A stretch of DNA of 64,000 nt from Bacillota bacterium (GTDB lineage Bacteria; Bacillota; Sulfobacillia; JAJZYS01; JAJYTV01), in NCBI GenBank assembly GCA_021793645.1, contig JAJYSJ010000002.1:2003-66002 (forward strand), in the 5' to 3' direction. Shown piece after piece: positions 50,742 to 60,607 of this stretch (its first letter is position 1; each line of letters begins with the position of its first letter). The notes under the pieces were generated by a model. The model saw only the letters and a program-made list of their open reading frames with translations, had not been told where the DNA came from and ran no database searches. The position numbers were made by a program, and so were the translations under genes.

Positions 50742-52166
50742 CTAGATGTCGAGGTACAGGTAGTACTCCATCGGCACCGGGCGCAGGTTCACCGGGTTGA
50801 TCTCTTCACGCCGCTTGTAATCGATCCAGGCGTGGATGAGATCCTCCGAGAACACCCCGCCCTCCGTGAGGAAGCCGTGATCCGCCTCAAGCTGGTTTAG
50901 TGACTCCGCGAGGCTCCCTGGCACCGCGCCGATCTTCGCGGCGTCCTCGGGTGCGAGGTGGTAGATGTTCTTGTCGAGCGGGCCGAAACCGAGCGCCGTC
51001 GGGTCCAGCTTGCGCTTCACACCGTCGAGGCCAGCCATCAGCATCGCGGCGAAGGCGAGGTACGGATTGCCGGTGGCGTCCGGCGTGCGGAACTCGATGC
51101 GCACGGACTTCGGGCTCTCCTGGGCGATCGGCACACGCACGGCCGCGGAACGGTTGCCCTTCGCGAAGACAAGGTTCACAGGCGCCTCGAACCCTGGCAC
51201 GAGCCGACGGTAGGAGTTTGTGGTCGCGTTCGTCAGCCCGACGAGCGCCGGAGCGTGGCTGAGGATGCCCGCGATGTAGTGCAGCGCCGTATCCGACAGG
51301 TTGCCATAGCCGCCCTTCTTGTAGAAGAGGGGCTCGCCGCCGCGGAAGATCGACTGATGCGTGTGCATACCGGAGCCGTTGTCGCCGTAGAGCGGCTTCG
51401 GCATGAAGGTCGCGATCTTGCCTGCCTGGCGGGCGATGTTCCTGACGATGTACTTGTAGAGCAGCACGTGGTCGGCGGTGCGGGTCAGACGGTCGAAGCG
51501 GAACCCAATCTCGCCCTGTCCCGCCGTCGCCACCTCGTGGTGGTGACGCTCCACCTGCATGCCGCAGGCGATCATCGTCCGCACCATCTCGCCGCGCAGG
51601 TCGGAGAGCTGGTCGTGCGGCGACACAGGCGCGTACCCGGACTTCGGCCGAATGCGGTACTGCAGATTCGGGCCGCCGATGTCGCCGGTGCCCCACGCGG
51701 ATTCGTCCGACGCGATCGCAAAGAACGATTCCTCCGGGTTCACCTGGTAGCGCACGTCGTCAAAGACGAAGAACTCGAGCTCCGGACCGAAGTACGCGAC
51801 GTCGCCGACCCCGGAGCTCTGCAGGTACTGCTCGGCCTGCTGCGCGATGTGGCGCGGGTCGCGATCGAAGCGGCGCATGCCGGGCTCGTAGACGTCGCAG
51901 GTGATCGAGAGGGTGCGGCGCGCGTGGAAGGGATCGAGGAATGCGGACTCCGGGTCGGGGAGCATGATCATGTCGCTCTCCTCGATTTCCCGGAAGCCGC
52001 GCAGCGAACTCCCGTCGAAGGGGATGCCTTCGGTGAAGGCCTCCGGCCCGATCTCGCTGGCTGGAAGGGTGATGTGGTGCCAGGTGCCGGGGAGGTCAAT
52101 GAGCTTCAGATCGACGAACTCAACCTCACCGCTCTGAAGCATTGCCAGGATCTCGTCCCTAGTCAA
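50742..52166 (-). CDS. glnA: Glutamine synthetase type I (GSI-beta-like)
   Basis: FDGSS, GPELEFF, HHHEVA, TFMPKP..GDNGSGMH, NSYRRLVPGFEAP, NRSA, RIEFR.PD; DKNIY motif. Confidence 0.95.
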   Translation of the reverse strand: MTRDEILAMLQSGEVEFVDLKLIDLPGTWHHITLPASEIGPEAFTEGIPFDGSSLRGFREIEESDMIMLPDPESAFLDPFHARRTLSITCDVYEPGMRRFDRDPRHIAQQAEQYLQSSGVGDVAYFGPELEFFVFDDVRYQVNPEESFFAIASDESAWGTGDIGGPNLQYRIRPKSGYAPVSPHDQLSDLRGEMVRTMIACGMQVERHHHEVATAGQGEIGFRFDRLTRTADHVLLYKYIVRNIARQAGKIATFMPKPLYGDNGSGMHTHQSIFRGGEPLFYKKGGYGNLSDTALHYIAGILSHAPALVGLTNATTNSYRRLVPGFEAPVNLVFAKGNRSAAVRVPIAQESPKSVRIEFRTPDATGNPYLAFAAMLMAGLDGVKRKLDPTALGFGPLDKNIYHLAPEDAAKIGAVPGSLAESLNQLEADHGFLTEGGVFSEDLIHAWIDYKRREEINPVNLRPVPMEYYLYLDI

Positions 52167-52518
52167 CGTCATCCTCCTCTTCGTGCTCCGAGATCATGCG
52201 CTCTAGCTCCGCACGGTTCGACACGGGATAGAGCGAGCGCAGCGCCTGGCCGGAAAGCAGCCGGCTGCGCACGTCGGACTCCGGGGGCAAGGTGCGCTGC
52301 TGCCCGAGCGCGCGTCGCACCGTTTGCAGCGTCTGCCCCGCGTCGAGCATGCGACGGATCTGCTGCAGTCTCGCCACTTCCGGCGGACCGTAGAGACGCT
52401 GGCGGCCCGGCGTGCGACGCGGCGTGATCAGCCCCTGGCTTTCGTAGTAGCGGATTTGCCGCTCCGTCAGCCCGGTAAGGGCACTCACAGGGCCGATGCC
52501 CAAGAGGCTCTCTGCCAT
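52159..52518 (-). CDS. glnR: MerR-family nitrogen regulator (GlnR/TnrA-like)
   Basis: IG.V..LTGLT.RQIRYYE..GLI.P.RT.G.QRLY; overlaps the glnA start. Confidence 0.82.
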   Translation of the reverse strand: MAESLLGIGPVSALTGLTERQIRYYESQGLITPRRTPGRQRLYGPPEVARLQQIRRMLDAGQTLQTVRRALGQQRTLPPESDVRSRLLSGQALRSLYPVSNRAELERMISEHEEEDDVD

Positions 52519-52535
52519 ACGCTCGCTCTCCCTTC

Positions 52536-52586
52536 TGTCAGGTATACTAGTTTGCGCGGCATGAGATGGTCAATGTTTTGTCAGGT
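52536..52586 (-). promoter_or_regulatory. glnRA promoter with flanking GlnR-like half-sites
   Basis: TTGACC-N18-TAGTAT on the minus strand, flanked by two TGTCAGGT copies (52536-52543 and 52579-52586) carrying the TGTNA half-site. Confidence 0.5.
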
Positions 52587-52621
52587 TTCTGCGCAAACTT
52601 AACTTTTCTCCTGGTCAGATA

Positions 52622-52663
52622 TGCCAAACGGCCGCCGAACTCACGTCCGGCGGCCGTTTGGCA
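52622..52663. terminator. Hairpin terminating the pst/phoU operon
   Basis: Perfect 16-bp stem TGCCAAACGGCCGCCG / CGGCGGCCGTTTGGCA. Confidence 0.7.
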
Positions 52664-52671
52664 GGTTCCTG

Positions 52672-53325
52672 CTAGCGGTTCAGGTCCTTGCGCTCCCCCG
52701 ACACCATATAGATGACAGCCTCGCCGAGGTTCGTGGCGTGGTCCGCCACGCGCTCGAGGTGCTGGGCGACGAAGAGGAGGTGCGTCGCCTGGTGGATCGT
52801 CCTTGGGTCCTCCATCATGTAGACAAGCAGTTCGCGCAGCACCTGGCTGTACAGGTGGTCGACCTGGTCGTCCGTGCGCAAAAGTTCGTGCGCCGCCTCG
52901 GGATCGCGCCGCACATAGGCACGCAAGGCATCGCGCGTCATGCGCTGCGCGAGGTCCGCCATCCGCGGCACGTCGATCAGCGGCTTCATCAGCGGCTCCC
53001 CTGCGATGCGCAGGGTCACCTTCGCGATGTCGACCGCGTGGTCCCCAATCCGTTCCAGATCCCCGACAATCTTGATCGCCGTACCGACGATGCGCAGATC
53101 GGTCGCCATCGGCTGCTGTAGCGCGATGATCTCGAGGCAGCGCGTTTCGATGTCCACTTGCATCGCGTCCACATCATCGTCGCCGTCGATAATCTCCTGC
53201 GCGACATGCACGTCGCCTGCCTCCAGCGACCGCACCGACTGCCCGATGCGCTCCTCGACGAGCGTGCCCATGCGCAGGATGTCCTGCTGCAGTTCCTCAA
53301 GCTCCTGGTGGAATGTGCTGCGCAC
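52672..53325 (-). CDS. phoU: Phosphate signalling protein PhoU
   Basis: QQPMATDLR, DLERIGDHA, LERVADHATN. Confidence 0.95.
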   Translation of the reverse strand: MRSTFHQELEELQQDILRMGTLVEERIGQSVRSLEAGDVHVAQEIIDGDDDVDAMQVDIETRCLEIIALQQPMATDLRIVGTAIKIVGDLERIGDHAVDIAKVTLRIAGEPLMKPLIDVPRMADLAQRMTRDALRAYVRRDPEAAHELLRTDDQVDHLYSQVLRELLVYMMEDPRTIHQATHLLFVAQHLERVADHATNLGEAVIYMVSGERKDLNR

Positions 53326-53340
53326 GACTGCCCCCTCCCT

Positions 53341-54099
53341 CTAGCCGAACCGGCCCGTAATGTAGTCTTCCGTTCGCTGGTCGCGAGGCCGGGTGAAGAT
53401 GTCCCTCGTCGGCCCGAACTCGATCAGTTCGCCGCTCAAAAAAAAGGCGGTGTGATCAGATATGCGGCCAGCCTGCTGCATGTTGTGCGTCACGACGATT
53501 AGTGTATACCGCTCTTTCAACGAAACCGCCAATTCCTCGATCTTCGCTGTCGCGACCGGGTCGAGCGCCGATGCCGGCTCGTCCATCAAGAGGACCTCGG
53601 GCTCCACCGCCAGTGCTCGAGCGATGCATAGGCGCTGCTGCTGGCCTCCAGACAGTTCGAACGCGCTGCGCTGCAGCTTGTCGTGCACCTCGTCCCAGAG
53701 TGCCGCGGCGCGCAAGCTCTCTTCGACGATCTCGCGCAGTCTGCGTTCGCTGCGCTGTCCATGGATGCGGGGACCGTAGGCAACGTTCTGGTAGATCGAC
53801 ATCGGAAACGGATTCGGACGCTGGAAGACCATCCCGACACGGCGCCTAAGCGCCACGGGATCTTTGCCGCGCGCATAGATGTCCTCGCCGTCCAGCAGCA
53901 CGCTCCCCTGCACGCGTGCACCTGGGACATGGTCGTTCATGCGGTTGAGCGTACGCAGGAATGAGGACTTGCCGCAGCCGCTCGGACCGATGATGGCCGT
54001 GATCGAATTCTCCGGCACCCTCACGCTGATCTCCTTCAGCCCCTGCGAAGGGCCGTACCAGAGGCTCAGCTTCTCGGCTTCCATCTTCGCTGCGTTCAA
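53341..54099 (-). CDS. pstB: Phosphate ABC transporter ATPase
   Basis: [49 protein letters not shown]. Confidence 0.96.
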   Translation of the reverse strand: MNAAKMEAEKLSLWYGPSQGLKEISVRVPENSITAIIGPSGCGKSSFLRTLNRMNDHVPGARVQGSVLLDGEDIYARGKDPVALRRRVGMVFQRPNPFPMSIYQNVAYGPRIHGQRSERRLREIVEESLRAAALWDEVHDKLQRSAFELSGGQQQRLCIARALAVEPEVLLMDEPASALDPVATAKIEELAVSLKERYTLIVVTHNMQQAGRISDHTAFFLSGELIEFGPTRDIFTRPRDQRTEDYITGRFG

Positions 54100-54860
54100 C
54101 GCATGAGACCCTCCTGTCGCCGTTCGAACAAGAGCTCGGCTGCGGCCGCCGCAAGCGCGGCCAGCGATAAAAGCAGCGCAACCGGCCAGAATGACTGCGC
54201 AGTCCCGATCCGTCCTTGCATCTCAAGATACCATAGGGCCGCGGCAAGCGTCGCGCCTGCCCGGAGCGCCCCCTCTCCGTGCGCTGCGAGCGGGCCAGCG
54301 AGGAGCGCGACGAGGCCTGCCTCGCCGAGTGCACGACCGGCGACCTGGAGCAGCGTCTGGCCGATTTCCTGCCGGGCCGCGGGAAAGACGGCCCGCGCAG
54401 CCTGCGACGCATCGGCCCCCAGCGCCAATGCGGCCTCGGCGATCTCCCGATGCCGCGCAAAGCCTTCAGCCACCTGCAGAACGGCGATTGGCAGGTTCAG
54501 CAGTGCGAGCCCCACGGCAGCGAGCCAGACTCCCGCCGGCAGGTGCATCAGGTCCGCCCAGGCGATCAGCACCGCTGCACCGACCGCCACGGACGGAACG
54601 GCGGCCGCCGCCTGCAGGAAGCTGCGCACAGCCCCCTCTTTGCGGCCGGCCCCGCCGAGCGCCAGTTCAGCGCCGGCCCGAAGGCCCAGCGTCGCGCTGA
54701 CGGATACCGCGAAGAGCGACGTGACGAGCGTCGCGAGCAGCGGTCCGAGATCCGGCGGCGTGCGCGGTATGCCGCCGGATGCCGCGGCGGCGCAGAGCCA
54801 GACAGCGGCGGTGAGCAGCACGAGTGCGCGGTAGCGGCCCTCACCGCTGCGCAGGCGCAT
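54096..54860 (-). CDS. pstA: Phosphate ABC permease PstA (highly diverged)
   Basis: [18 protein letters not shown] loop, GRALGE; position in the operon. Confidence 0.7.
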   Translation of the reverse strand: MRLRSGEGRYRALVLLTAAVWLCAAAASGGIPRTPPDLGPLLATLVTSLFAVSVSATLGLRAGAELALGGAGRKEGAVRSFLQAAAAVPSVAVGAAVLIAWADLMHLPAGVWLAAVGLALLNLPIAVLQVAEGFARHREIAEAALALGADASQAARAVFPAARQEIGQTLLQVAGRALGEAGLVALLAGPLAAHGEGALRAGATLAAALWYLEMQGRIGTAQSFWPVALLLSLAALAAAAAELLFERRQEGLMR

Positions 54861-55608
54861 CTCGCACCCTCCCAAGCGCGCCGGCAGCCGCGCCCGCCAA
54901 CGCGAGCAGGAGCGCAATCGCGCCGAGGGCTGCCTGCCAGCGCCCGCCCGCAGGCGCCTGCGGCAGCTCTGCGAGGAGCGACGCCGAGAGTGCTCCGGAT
55001 GGAGCGAAGAGCCGCGGAAGCCCTCCCGCGTTGCCGATCAGCACGCTGAGGACGGCGGCCTCGCCGATGATCCGGGTCGCCGCAAGCCCGAAGAGCCGAA
55101 TGCGCACTCCGCGCAGGGCACCCCGCAGCGCCAGAAGGACGCCATCCGGCCCGGCTCCAAGGGCGACGGCTCCGTCGCGCGCCGCGCTTTGTGCCGACAG
55201 CGCACCGGCGATGCCCTGTGCGACGAGCGGCGTCTGCAAGAGCCCGAGGCCGATCGCTGCAAGCGCAGTCCCCTCGCCGAGGGAAACGCTGTGCAGGGCC
55301 GGCAGGAGGGCTGCGAGCATGCCTGCCGCCAGCGCCACCCCCGGCGTGCTCGCGAGGACGCGCAGTGTCCGTCCGCGGCGCCCGAAAGCGATCTGCACGC
55401 CTGCGCCCTCGCCAAGCCAGAGTGCAAGCGCACCGCCCAACCCCGCCACCAGCAGCGAGCCGAGCACGATGCCCGCGACGCCATAGGCGAAGGGCGGCGA
55501 CCACACGGGTCCGAGGGTGATCCGCCAGATCCCCTCGCCGCCCCAAACCGCGACGACAGCGAGGGGCAGGCCGGCAGCGAGGAGCGCGAGCCGCAGGCCG
55601 CGGCTCAC
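54841..55608 (-). CDS. pstC: Phosphate ABC permease PstC (highly diverged)
   Basis: W.P...YG, LASTPGV, ALGA, R.IGE..V...IGN; position in the operon. Confidence 0.7.
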   Translation of the reverse strand: MSRGLRLALLAAGLPLAVVAVWGGEGIWRITLGPVWSPPFAYGVAGIVLGSLLVAGLGGALALWLGEGAGVQIAFGRRGRTLRVLASTPGVALAAGMLAALLPALHSVSLGEGTALAAIGLGLLQTPLVAQGIAGALSAQSAARDGAVALGAGPDGVLLALRGALRGVRIRLFGLAATRIIGEAAVLSVLIGNAGGLPRLFAPSGALSASLLAELPQAPAGGRWQAALGAIALLLALAGAAAGALGRVRDAPAQR

Positions 55609-56345
55609 TGCGGGGCTCCCCGCTGCGCCGCAAGCGCCTGGAGCACCCGTGCCGCGAGCTTCGCCCGCGCATTGCCCACGCGGTACAGGGCGTAGGCCGT
55701 GTAGCGCAGCGGGTAGCCTGCGTCCCCAGGCGCTTTGCCATCCACAGTGACCAGCAGCGAGCGCGGCGCGAACGACGCCTCGACGAAGCCGATGGCGCCC
55801 GGCAAGTGCGCAACGGTCGGCGCCACCTGTCCGCTCGCCAGCACCACGAGAGCGCCCTGGGGCAGGGGGCCGCCGGCGAAGCGCTCGAGCAGCGCCCGCA
55901 CACCCGAACCGGGCGCCCGCAGGACAAGCCGCAGCGGGACGCGCGGTCCCCCCAGCTCCTGCCAGTTGCGCAAATGTCCCTGGAGCATCTCCTGCAGCTG
56001 GCTCTGCGTCAGGTTGTGCGGCAGCCCCACTGCGGCGATCACGGAGATCGCCACTCCTCCCAGCGGGACGCGGGCGACGCCCGGCGCCTTGAGGGGCAGG
56101 TCAGAGAGCGCGAGGTCCGCTGCACCGCGCCGAACCGCGGAGAGCCCTTCGGAAGATCCCAGAGTGTCCACTTCGATGCGACCGCCTAGGGCAACCGCGA
56201 GGGGCGCCTTCGCCGCCTCCGCCAGCGGCGCGAGCGAGGTTGACCCAGCGATGACGAGTGCGGGAGACGGCAGCAGCGGGGTGAGGGCAAGCGCGAGCAG
56301 CACGGCGATCAGCACCCCCAGCCAGACGCGCAGGAATCGATCCAT
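55605..56345 (-). CDS. pstS: Phosphate-binding protein PstS-like (short, diverged)
   Basis: IAGSTSLAPL, GSSEG....G.AD..SD, NW.ELGG, R..GSG.R, PGAIGFV, YPL. Confidence 0.72.
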   Translation of the reverse strand: MDRFLRVWLGVLIAVLLALALTPLLPSPALVIAGSTSLAPLAEAAKAPLAVALGGRIEVDTLGSSEGLSAVRRGAADLALSDLPLKAPGVARVPLGGVAISVIAAVGLPHNLTQSQLQEMLQGHLRNWQELGGPRVPLRLVLRAPGSGVRALLERFAGGPLPQGALVVLASGQVAPTVAHLPGAIGFVEASFAPRSLLVTVDGKAPGDAGYPLRYTAYALYRVGNARAKLAARVLQALAAQRGAPQ

Positions 56346-56369
56346 CGGCAAACAGCACCCATAGGCTCG

Positions 56370-57716
56370 CTATGCCGGTTTGGGACCCGCCATGTCCGAA
56401 AACGCGAGCGTGAACGTGCTGCCCTTGCCAAGCGTGCTCTCGACGTTCAGTTCTGCGCCGATCGAGAGTGCGAGGTGCCGCGCGATCGAGAGTCCGAGAC
56501 CCGAACCGCCGGTCGCGCGCTGCCTTGAGCGGTCAACCCGGTAGAAGCGCTCGAAGATGCGTGGCAGGTCTTCTTCGGGGATGCCCGGCCCGTCGTCAGA
56601 GACGCGCAGCCAGACCTTGCCGTCTTCGCGGCCGGTCTCGACGCGGATGTGGCCGTCATCCTGCGTGTACTTGACGGCGTTGTCGATGAGGGAGATGACG
56701 ATGCCCTCGATGCGGTCCCGGTCGCTCCGGACGCTCAGCTCCTCCCCAAGGACATCCACCTGAATACCGCGGGCCTGCGCTGACTCGCCATAGCGCTCCG
56801 CGACGGCACGCGCCACCTCGCCCAGCGGAACCTGCGCGCGCGCCGGCCGCTCCCGGCCGCTCTCCAGGGCGGCAAGCCGCAGCAAGTCGTCGACAAGCAG
56901 CGTCAGCCGCTTCGTCTCGTCGTTGATGTGACGCAGAAAGCGCTCCCTGCGCTGCTCGTCCACGCCGCCCCCGAGCAGCGTCTCGGCAAACCCTCCGATC
57001 ACGGTGAGCGGTGTGCGCAGTTCGTGCGAGACGTTGGCGACGAACTGGCTGCGCACCTCCAGAAGGCGCCGTTCCTCCGTCACGTCGGTGGCGACGAGCA
57101 GCACGCCGCCCGCACCGCGGACTGGCGCAAGGTCGATCTGCAGGACCCTGCCGTCCTCGCGGCGCTCGATCTGCAGCACCTCGCCCTGCTCCACTCTGTC
57201 CAACGCCGACTCCAGGGCGTACGCGTGCGTGATCGCCAGGTGGTAGGTCTCCACGACCTCTGGCGCCCAGACGCCGAAGATGCGCTCGGCGGCGGGATTC
57301 ACGACCTGGACGCGGCGCCTGCGGTCGAGCAGCACCACACCGCTCTGCAGGTTCTCGATGATCGCCTGAAACCGTGCGCGGTCCAGTTGCAGGGCCGAAA
57401 GCGTGTCGGACAGACGGGTCAGTTCCTGATTGAACCGCCCTGCGACGCCGCTGCGATCCTCTTGGGCAAGGTAGAGGCGCTCGGGGCGCTCTCCACGGGC
57501 GAGCGCCCCGAGCGCCCGGGTGGCCGCCTCCAGGTCGTCGCGCACGCGCGCCTGCAATCGCTGCGTCAGGGCCGCCCCGGCGATCCCGCCCGCGAGGGCC
57601 CCCAGGATGCCGAAGACCACGCCGTCCTGCGCTCCGCGCAGCAACCATCCCGCGGCGCCCAAAAGAACAAGGCCGATCGCCGCGCCAGACAGCGAACCGA
57701 GCTGACGTGCGCTCAT
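56370..57716 (-). CDS. phoR: Phosphate regulon sensor histidine kinase
   Basis: Two TM helices, PAS-like segment, FVANVSHELRTPLT, DNAVKYT, RIFERFYRVD, GSGLGL. Confidence 0.9.
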   Translation of the reverse strand: MSARQLGSLSGAAIGLVLLGAAGWLLRGAQDGVVFGILGALAGGIAGAALTQRLQARVRDDLEAATRALGALARGERPERLYLAQEDRSGVAGRFNQELTRLSDTLSALQLDRARFQAIIENLQSGVVLLDRRRRVQVVNPAAERIFGVWAPEVVETYHLAITHAYALESALDRVEQGEVLQIERREDGRVLQIDLAPVRGAGGVLLVATDVTEERRLLEVRSQFVANVSHELRTPLTVIGGFAETLLGGGVDEQRRERFLRHINDETKRLTLLVDDLLRLAALESGRERPARAQVPLGEVARAVAERYGESAQARGIQVDVLGEELSVRSDRDRIEGIVISLIDNAVKYTQDDGHIRVETGREDGKVWLRVSDDGPGIPEEDLPRIFERFYRVDRSRQRATGGSGLGLSIARHLALSIGAELNVESTLGKGSTFTLAFSDMAGPKPA

Positions 57717-58390
57717 GCCGGTGCGAAGCGGTAGCCGACGCCGCGCACGGTCTCTACGAGCCGCGGCTGCGAGGGTTCCGCCTCGACCTTCTCGCGCAGG
57801 TGACGCACATGGACATCGACGGTCCGCGCGTCTCCGTAAAAGTCGTAGCCCCAGACCTTCTCCAGCAGCAGTTCCCGCGTCAGGACTTGTCCAGGCCGCT
57901 CCATCAGCGTGCGCAAAAGACCGAACTCCGTCAGCGTGAGCGCCACTTCCCGTTCATCGACGTAGCACCGGTGCGCGGCGAGGTCCAGTGTCACGCCGTT
58001 TGCCGACAGGCGGTCCACCGGGGGTTCCGTACGTCGCAGCACCGCCTTCACCCGCGCCACCAGTTCGCGCGGCGAGAAGGGCTTGCCCATGTAGTCATCC
58101 GCCCCGAGCTCCAGGCCCCGCACGCGGTCCGCCTCTTCGGTACGGGCCGTCAGCATGATCACGGGAACACGGCTTTGGCGCCGAATCTCCCGCAGAACCG
58201 CGACTCCGTCCATCTTCGGCAGCATCAGATCCAGCACCACGAGCTGGATCTCCTCGCTGCGAGCGAGCGCGATGCCCTCCTCGCCGTCCGATGCCTGGAG
58301 CACCGTGAACTCGGCGGCCTCAAGGTGGAATGCCACGAGCTCCCGAATCGCGTCCTCGTCCTCGACCACAAGCACACGGTCGCGGCGCAA
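57713..58390 (-). CDS. phoP: OmpR/PhoP-family response regulator
   Basis: VVEDE, LDLMLP.MDG, GADDY..KPF, RTVDVHVRHLREK, TVRGVGY; TTG start after AGGAGG. Confidence 0.9.
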   Translation of the reverse strand: MRRDRVLVVEDEDAIRELVAFHLEAAEFTVLQASDGEEGIALARSEEIQLVVLDLMLPKMDGVAVLREIRRQSRVPVIMLTARTEEADRVRGLELGADDYMGKPFSPRELVARVKAVLRRTEPPVDRLSANGVTLDLAAHRCYVDEREVALTLTEFGLLRTLMERPGQVLTRELLLEKVWGYDFYGDARTVDVHVRHLREKVEAEPSQPRLVETVRGVGYRFAPA

Positions 58391-58434
58391 GGCAACAGCC
58401 TCCTGTCGTCGAGCGTACGCAGTCATCATCAAGA

Positions 58435-58478
58435 ACCGGGATTAAATCTCTGTTATGGACTCATGAAGCTCGCCCTAA
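58435..58478 (-). promoter_or_regulatory. Pho-box-like array upstream of phoP
   Basis: Four hexamers at 11-nt spacing on the minus strand (TTAGGG, TTCATG, ATAACA, TTAATC), resembling the Bacillus TT(A/T/C)ACA-N5 repeats. Confidence 0.5.
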
Positions 58479-59323
58479 GGCGTTCCGATCAGGCGGTGCA
58501 TTTCCTCGGGCGACGGCAGTTCGATCCTCTTCGCCGTGATATTCGCGGCCAGCACGTTGAGCGCCGTCATCTGTTCGACCATGTGGCGCACGTCGTCCCG
58601 CGCGCGCTGCAGCACCGTGGGAATGTGCTGGCCGAAGAGCACCGTGACGTCGAGGTGCAGCACCAGCCCGTCTGACCAGGTCTCCATCGTTACCCGGCGC
58701 ACGCGCGCGATGCCAGGTGCCTCCTGCGCTGCCCGCGCGGCGATCGACGAAACACAGGTGTCATCGATCGTGAAACGCCCGAGGTAGCTCCAGGTTGGGC
58801 GCACGACCGACTTCTCGATCACCATTTCCCGCCGCTCCTTGCTGCGCAGAATAAAGCGCAGCGGGTCGACGAGGTAGCCGGAGAACGTCCGCTTGACCTC
58901 AACGGTCGGGGCGGGGATGACGTGCTTTCCCTGTTCGCGCCGCACGCGCTGGGCATGCCGGATCTCCTCCGGGCTGGCTATGTCCTCGATGTGCATGACG
59001 CGTGCGGGCGAGGGCAGGGCGAGGACACCGCAGATCCTCTGCACCATGCCGAGCGAGGTGCCCAGCACAAGCACGCGCTCAGGCTGCACTTCCTGCAGGC
59101 GGCGCCGCATCCGCTCGGCATCGGCCGGATGTGCGAAGATCGCCCGTCGCACCGCTTCGAGTTTCGAGGGGGCGCGCTTCGCAGACTCGCCCGCGAGGAT
59201 CTTGCCCTCGCGCACCAGGAGACCGTCGTCGATCACCGCATCGGTGCCGAGTTCCACGGCAACGAGCGAAGCGCGGTGGCTCTTGCCGGAACCGCTCGGC
59301 CCGACGAAGGCGATGACCTCCAC
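58475..59323 (-). CDS. P-loop NTPase fused to an Asp23/Gls24-like domain (conserved Firmicutes protein)
   Basis: VGPSGSGKSHRA, IDDGLL, GKHVIPAPT.EVK..FSGY, EKSVVRPT, C-terminal Asp23-like segment. Confidence 0.75.
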   Translation of the reverse strand: MEVIAFVGPSGSGKSHRASLVAVELGTDAVIDDGLLVREGKILAGESAKRAPSKLEAVRRAIFAHPADAERMRRRLQEVQPERVLVLGTSLGMVQRICGVLALPSPARVMHIEDIASPEEIRHAQRVRREQGKHVIPAPTVEVKRTFSGYLVDPLRFILRSKERREMVIEKSVVRPTWSYLGRFTIDDTCVSSIAARAAQEAPGIARVRRVTMETWSDGLVLHLDVTVLFGQHIPTVLQRARDDVRHMVEQMTALNVLAANITAKRIELPSPEEMHRLIGTP

Positions 59324-59353
59324 GCACGATCCCCCCTGCCCGCATGATACCAC

Positions 59354-59719
59354 TCAGCCGGGCGGTGCGAGGTCAGGGCGCAGGGAGAGCGTCTCTCCAA
59401 GATAGACGGGCCGCAGCTTCTGCCGTTCGGGGCGCTCGATCTCCACGAGGATCCTGATCATGCGATCGGGAGTTCCCGGGACCGGCGTCTCCACCGCACC
59501 GAGAAGCGGCACGTCAGTCCAGCCAAGCCGACGAGCAGCGTAGGCTGGAAACGCAGCGTCCAGGTCCGGCGTCATGGTGAAGAACGCGGCCACAACCTCG
59601 TCCTTCTCGATGCCGTTGAGCGAGATCAGCGCGCGGAGCAGTTCCTCGGTCGCATCCCAAATCGCATCCTGCGTGTTCTCCTGGGCAACGGTCGCCCCGC
59701 GCACCGCACTAACCGCCAT
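59354..59719 (-). CDS. aroH: Chorismate mutase, AroH class
   Basis: VRGAT, FTMTPDL.AAFPA.AAR..GW..VPL, VYLG....LRPDL. Confidence 0.92.
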   Translation of the reverse strand: MAVSAVRGATVAQENTQDAIWDATEELLRALISLNGIEKDEVVAAFFTMTPDLDAAFPAYAARRLGWTDVPLLGAVETPVPGTPDRMIRILVEIERPERQKLRPVYLGETLSLRPDLAPPG

Positions 59720-60512
59720 GTATGCGCCCGTCCTCCCGCAGTCTTCGCGCGGTCTCCCGTGCCAGCGCAAGTTGCTCCACGTCTCCCGCCGCCGCATGCC
59801 GCAGCGCCGTTTCTGCTTCCGATACCGCCTGCATGAGCGCGGCCCTGTTCATCTCGAGGATCTCCGACCATAGAGCGGGCGGACTCGTCGCGACCCGCAG
59901 CATCTCGCGCGCCGCCGGCCCAAGCAGGTCCGCGGGCGTCTCCTTGAGGATCTCCGCGAGGGCGCAGCTCCACGCGTAGACGAGGTGCGAGGAACGGGCC
60001 ACCTGGCGGTCATGCTCCACCGCATCGACCCAGAACGGGCGCGCGCCGACGGCGAGGGCCAGTTCCTCGGCGGCCGCTTGCGGCCCGCCTCCCGGACACA
60101 GAGCGAACCCGCTCTCCGAGAAGAGTCCCCGCCGCGCCGCCTGGGGCCCGCCCCCTTCACTGCCCGCGAGCGGATGGCCGCCGACGAAGGGCAGCCCCCT
60201 TGCTCTGGCACGCCCTACGATCTCGGCCTTCACGGAGCCGGTGTCTAAGATGAGCGCTGCCCGGGCCTTTGAGCCCAGCAGTGCGAGGTTGGCCTTGGGG
60301 GGCGCCGCGAGCACAACGGCGTCGAACGTTCCCACCGGTGCGCCAAGGGGCTCGTCGAGCGCACCCTGGGCCGCCGCAAGCGCAACATGCTGCGCCTGCG
60401 CATCGTACCCGGATACCCGATAGCCCGCAGCCCGCAGGTCGAGCGCGAGCGATGTGCCGATCAGCCCCAGCCCGAACACGGCAATATGCTTGCCTTCGCG
60501 CCTGCTGCGCAC
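59709..60512 (-). CDS. tyrA: Prephenate dehydrogenase
   Basis: GLGLIGTS, DTGSVK, GGHPLAGSE..G, HD..VA..SHL; overlaps aroH. Confidence 0.85.
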   Translation of the reverse strand: MRSRREGKHIAVFGLGLIGTSLALDLRAAGYRVSGYDAQAQHVALAAAQGALDEPLGAPVGTFDAVVLAAPPKANLALLGSKARAALILDTGSVKAEIVGRARARGLPFVGGHPLAGSEGGGPQAARRGLFSESGFALCPGGGPQAAAEELALAVGARPFWVDAVEHDRQVARSSHLVYAWSCALAEILKETPADLLGPAAREMLRVATSPPALWSEILEMNRAALMQAVSEAETALRHAAAGDVEQLALARETARRLREDGRIHGG

Positions 60513-60607
60513 AGTGATGCCCCCTTAACCTGCGCCGCCCCCGCCGGCGGCGGAGGCGGCGCGCATCGTGCGCTCCATGCTACGCGGGGATTGAAGGCCG
60601 GTCAAGC

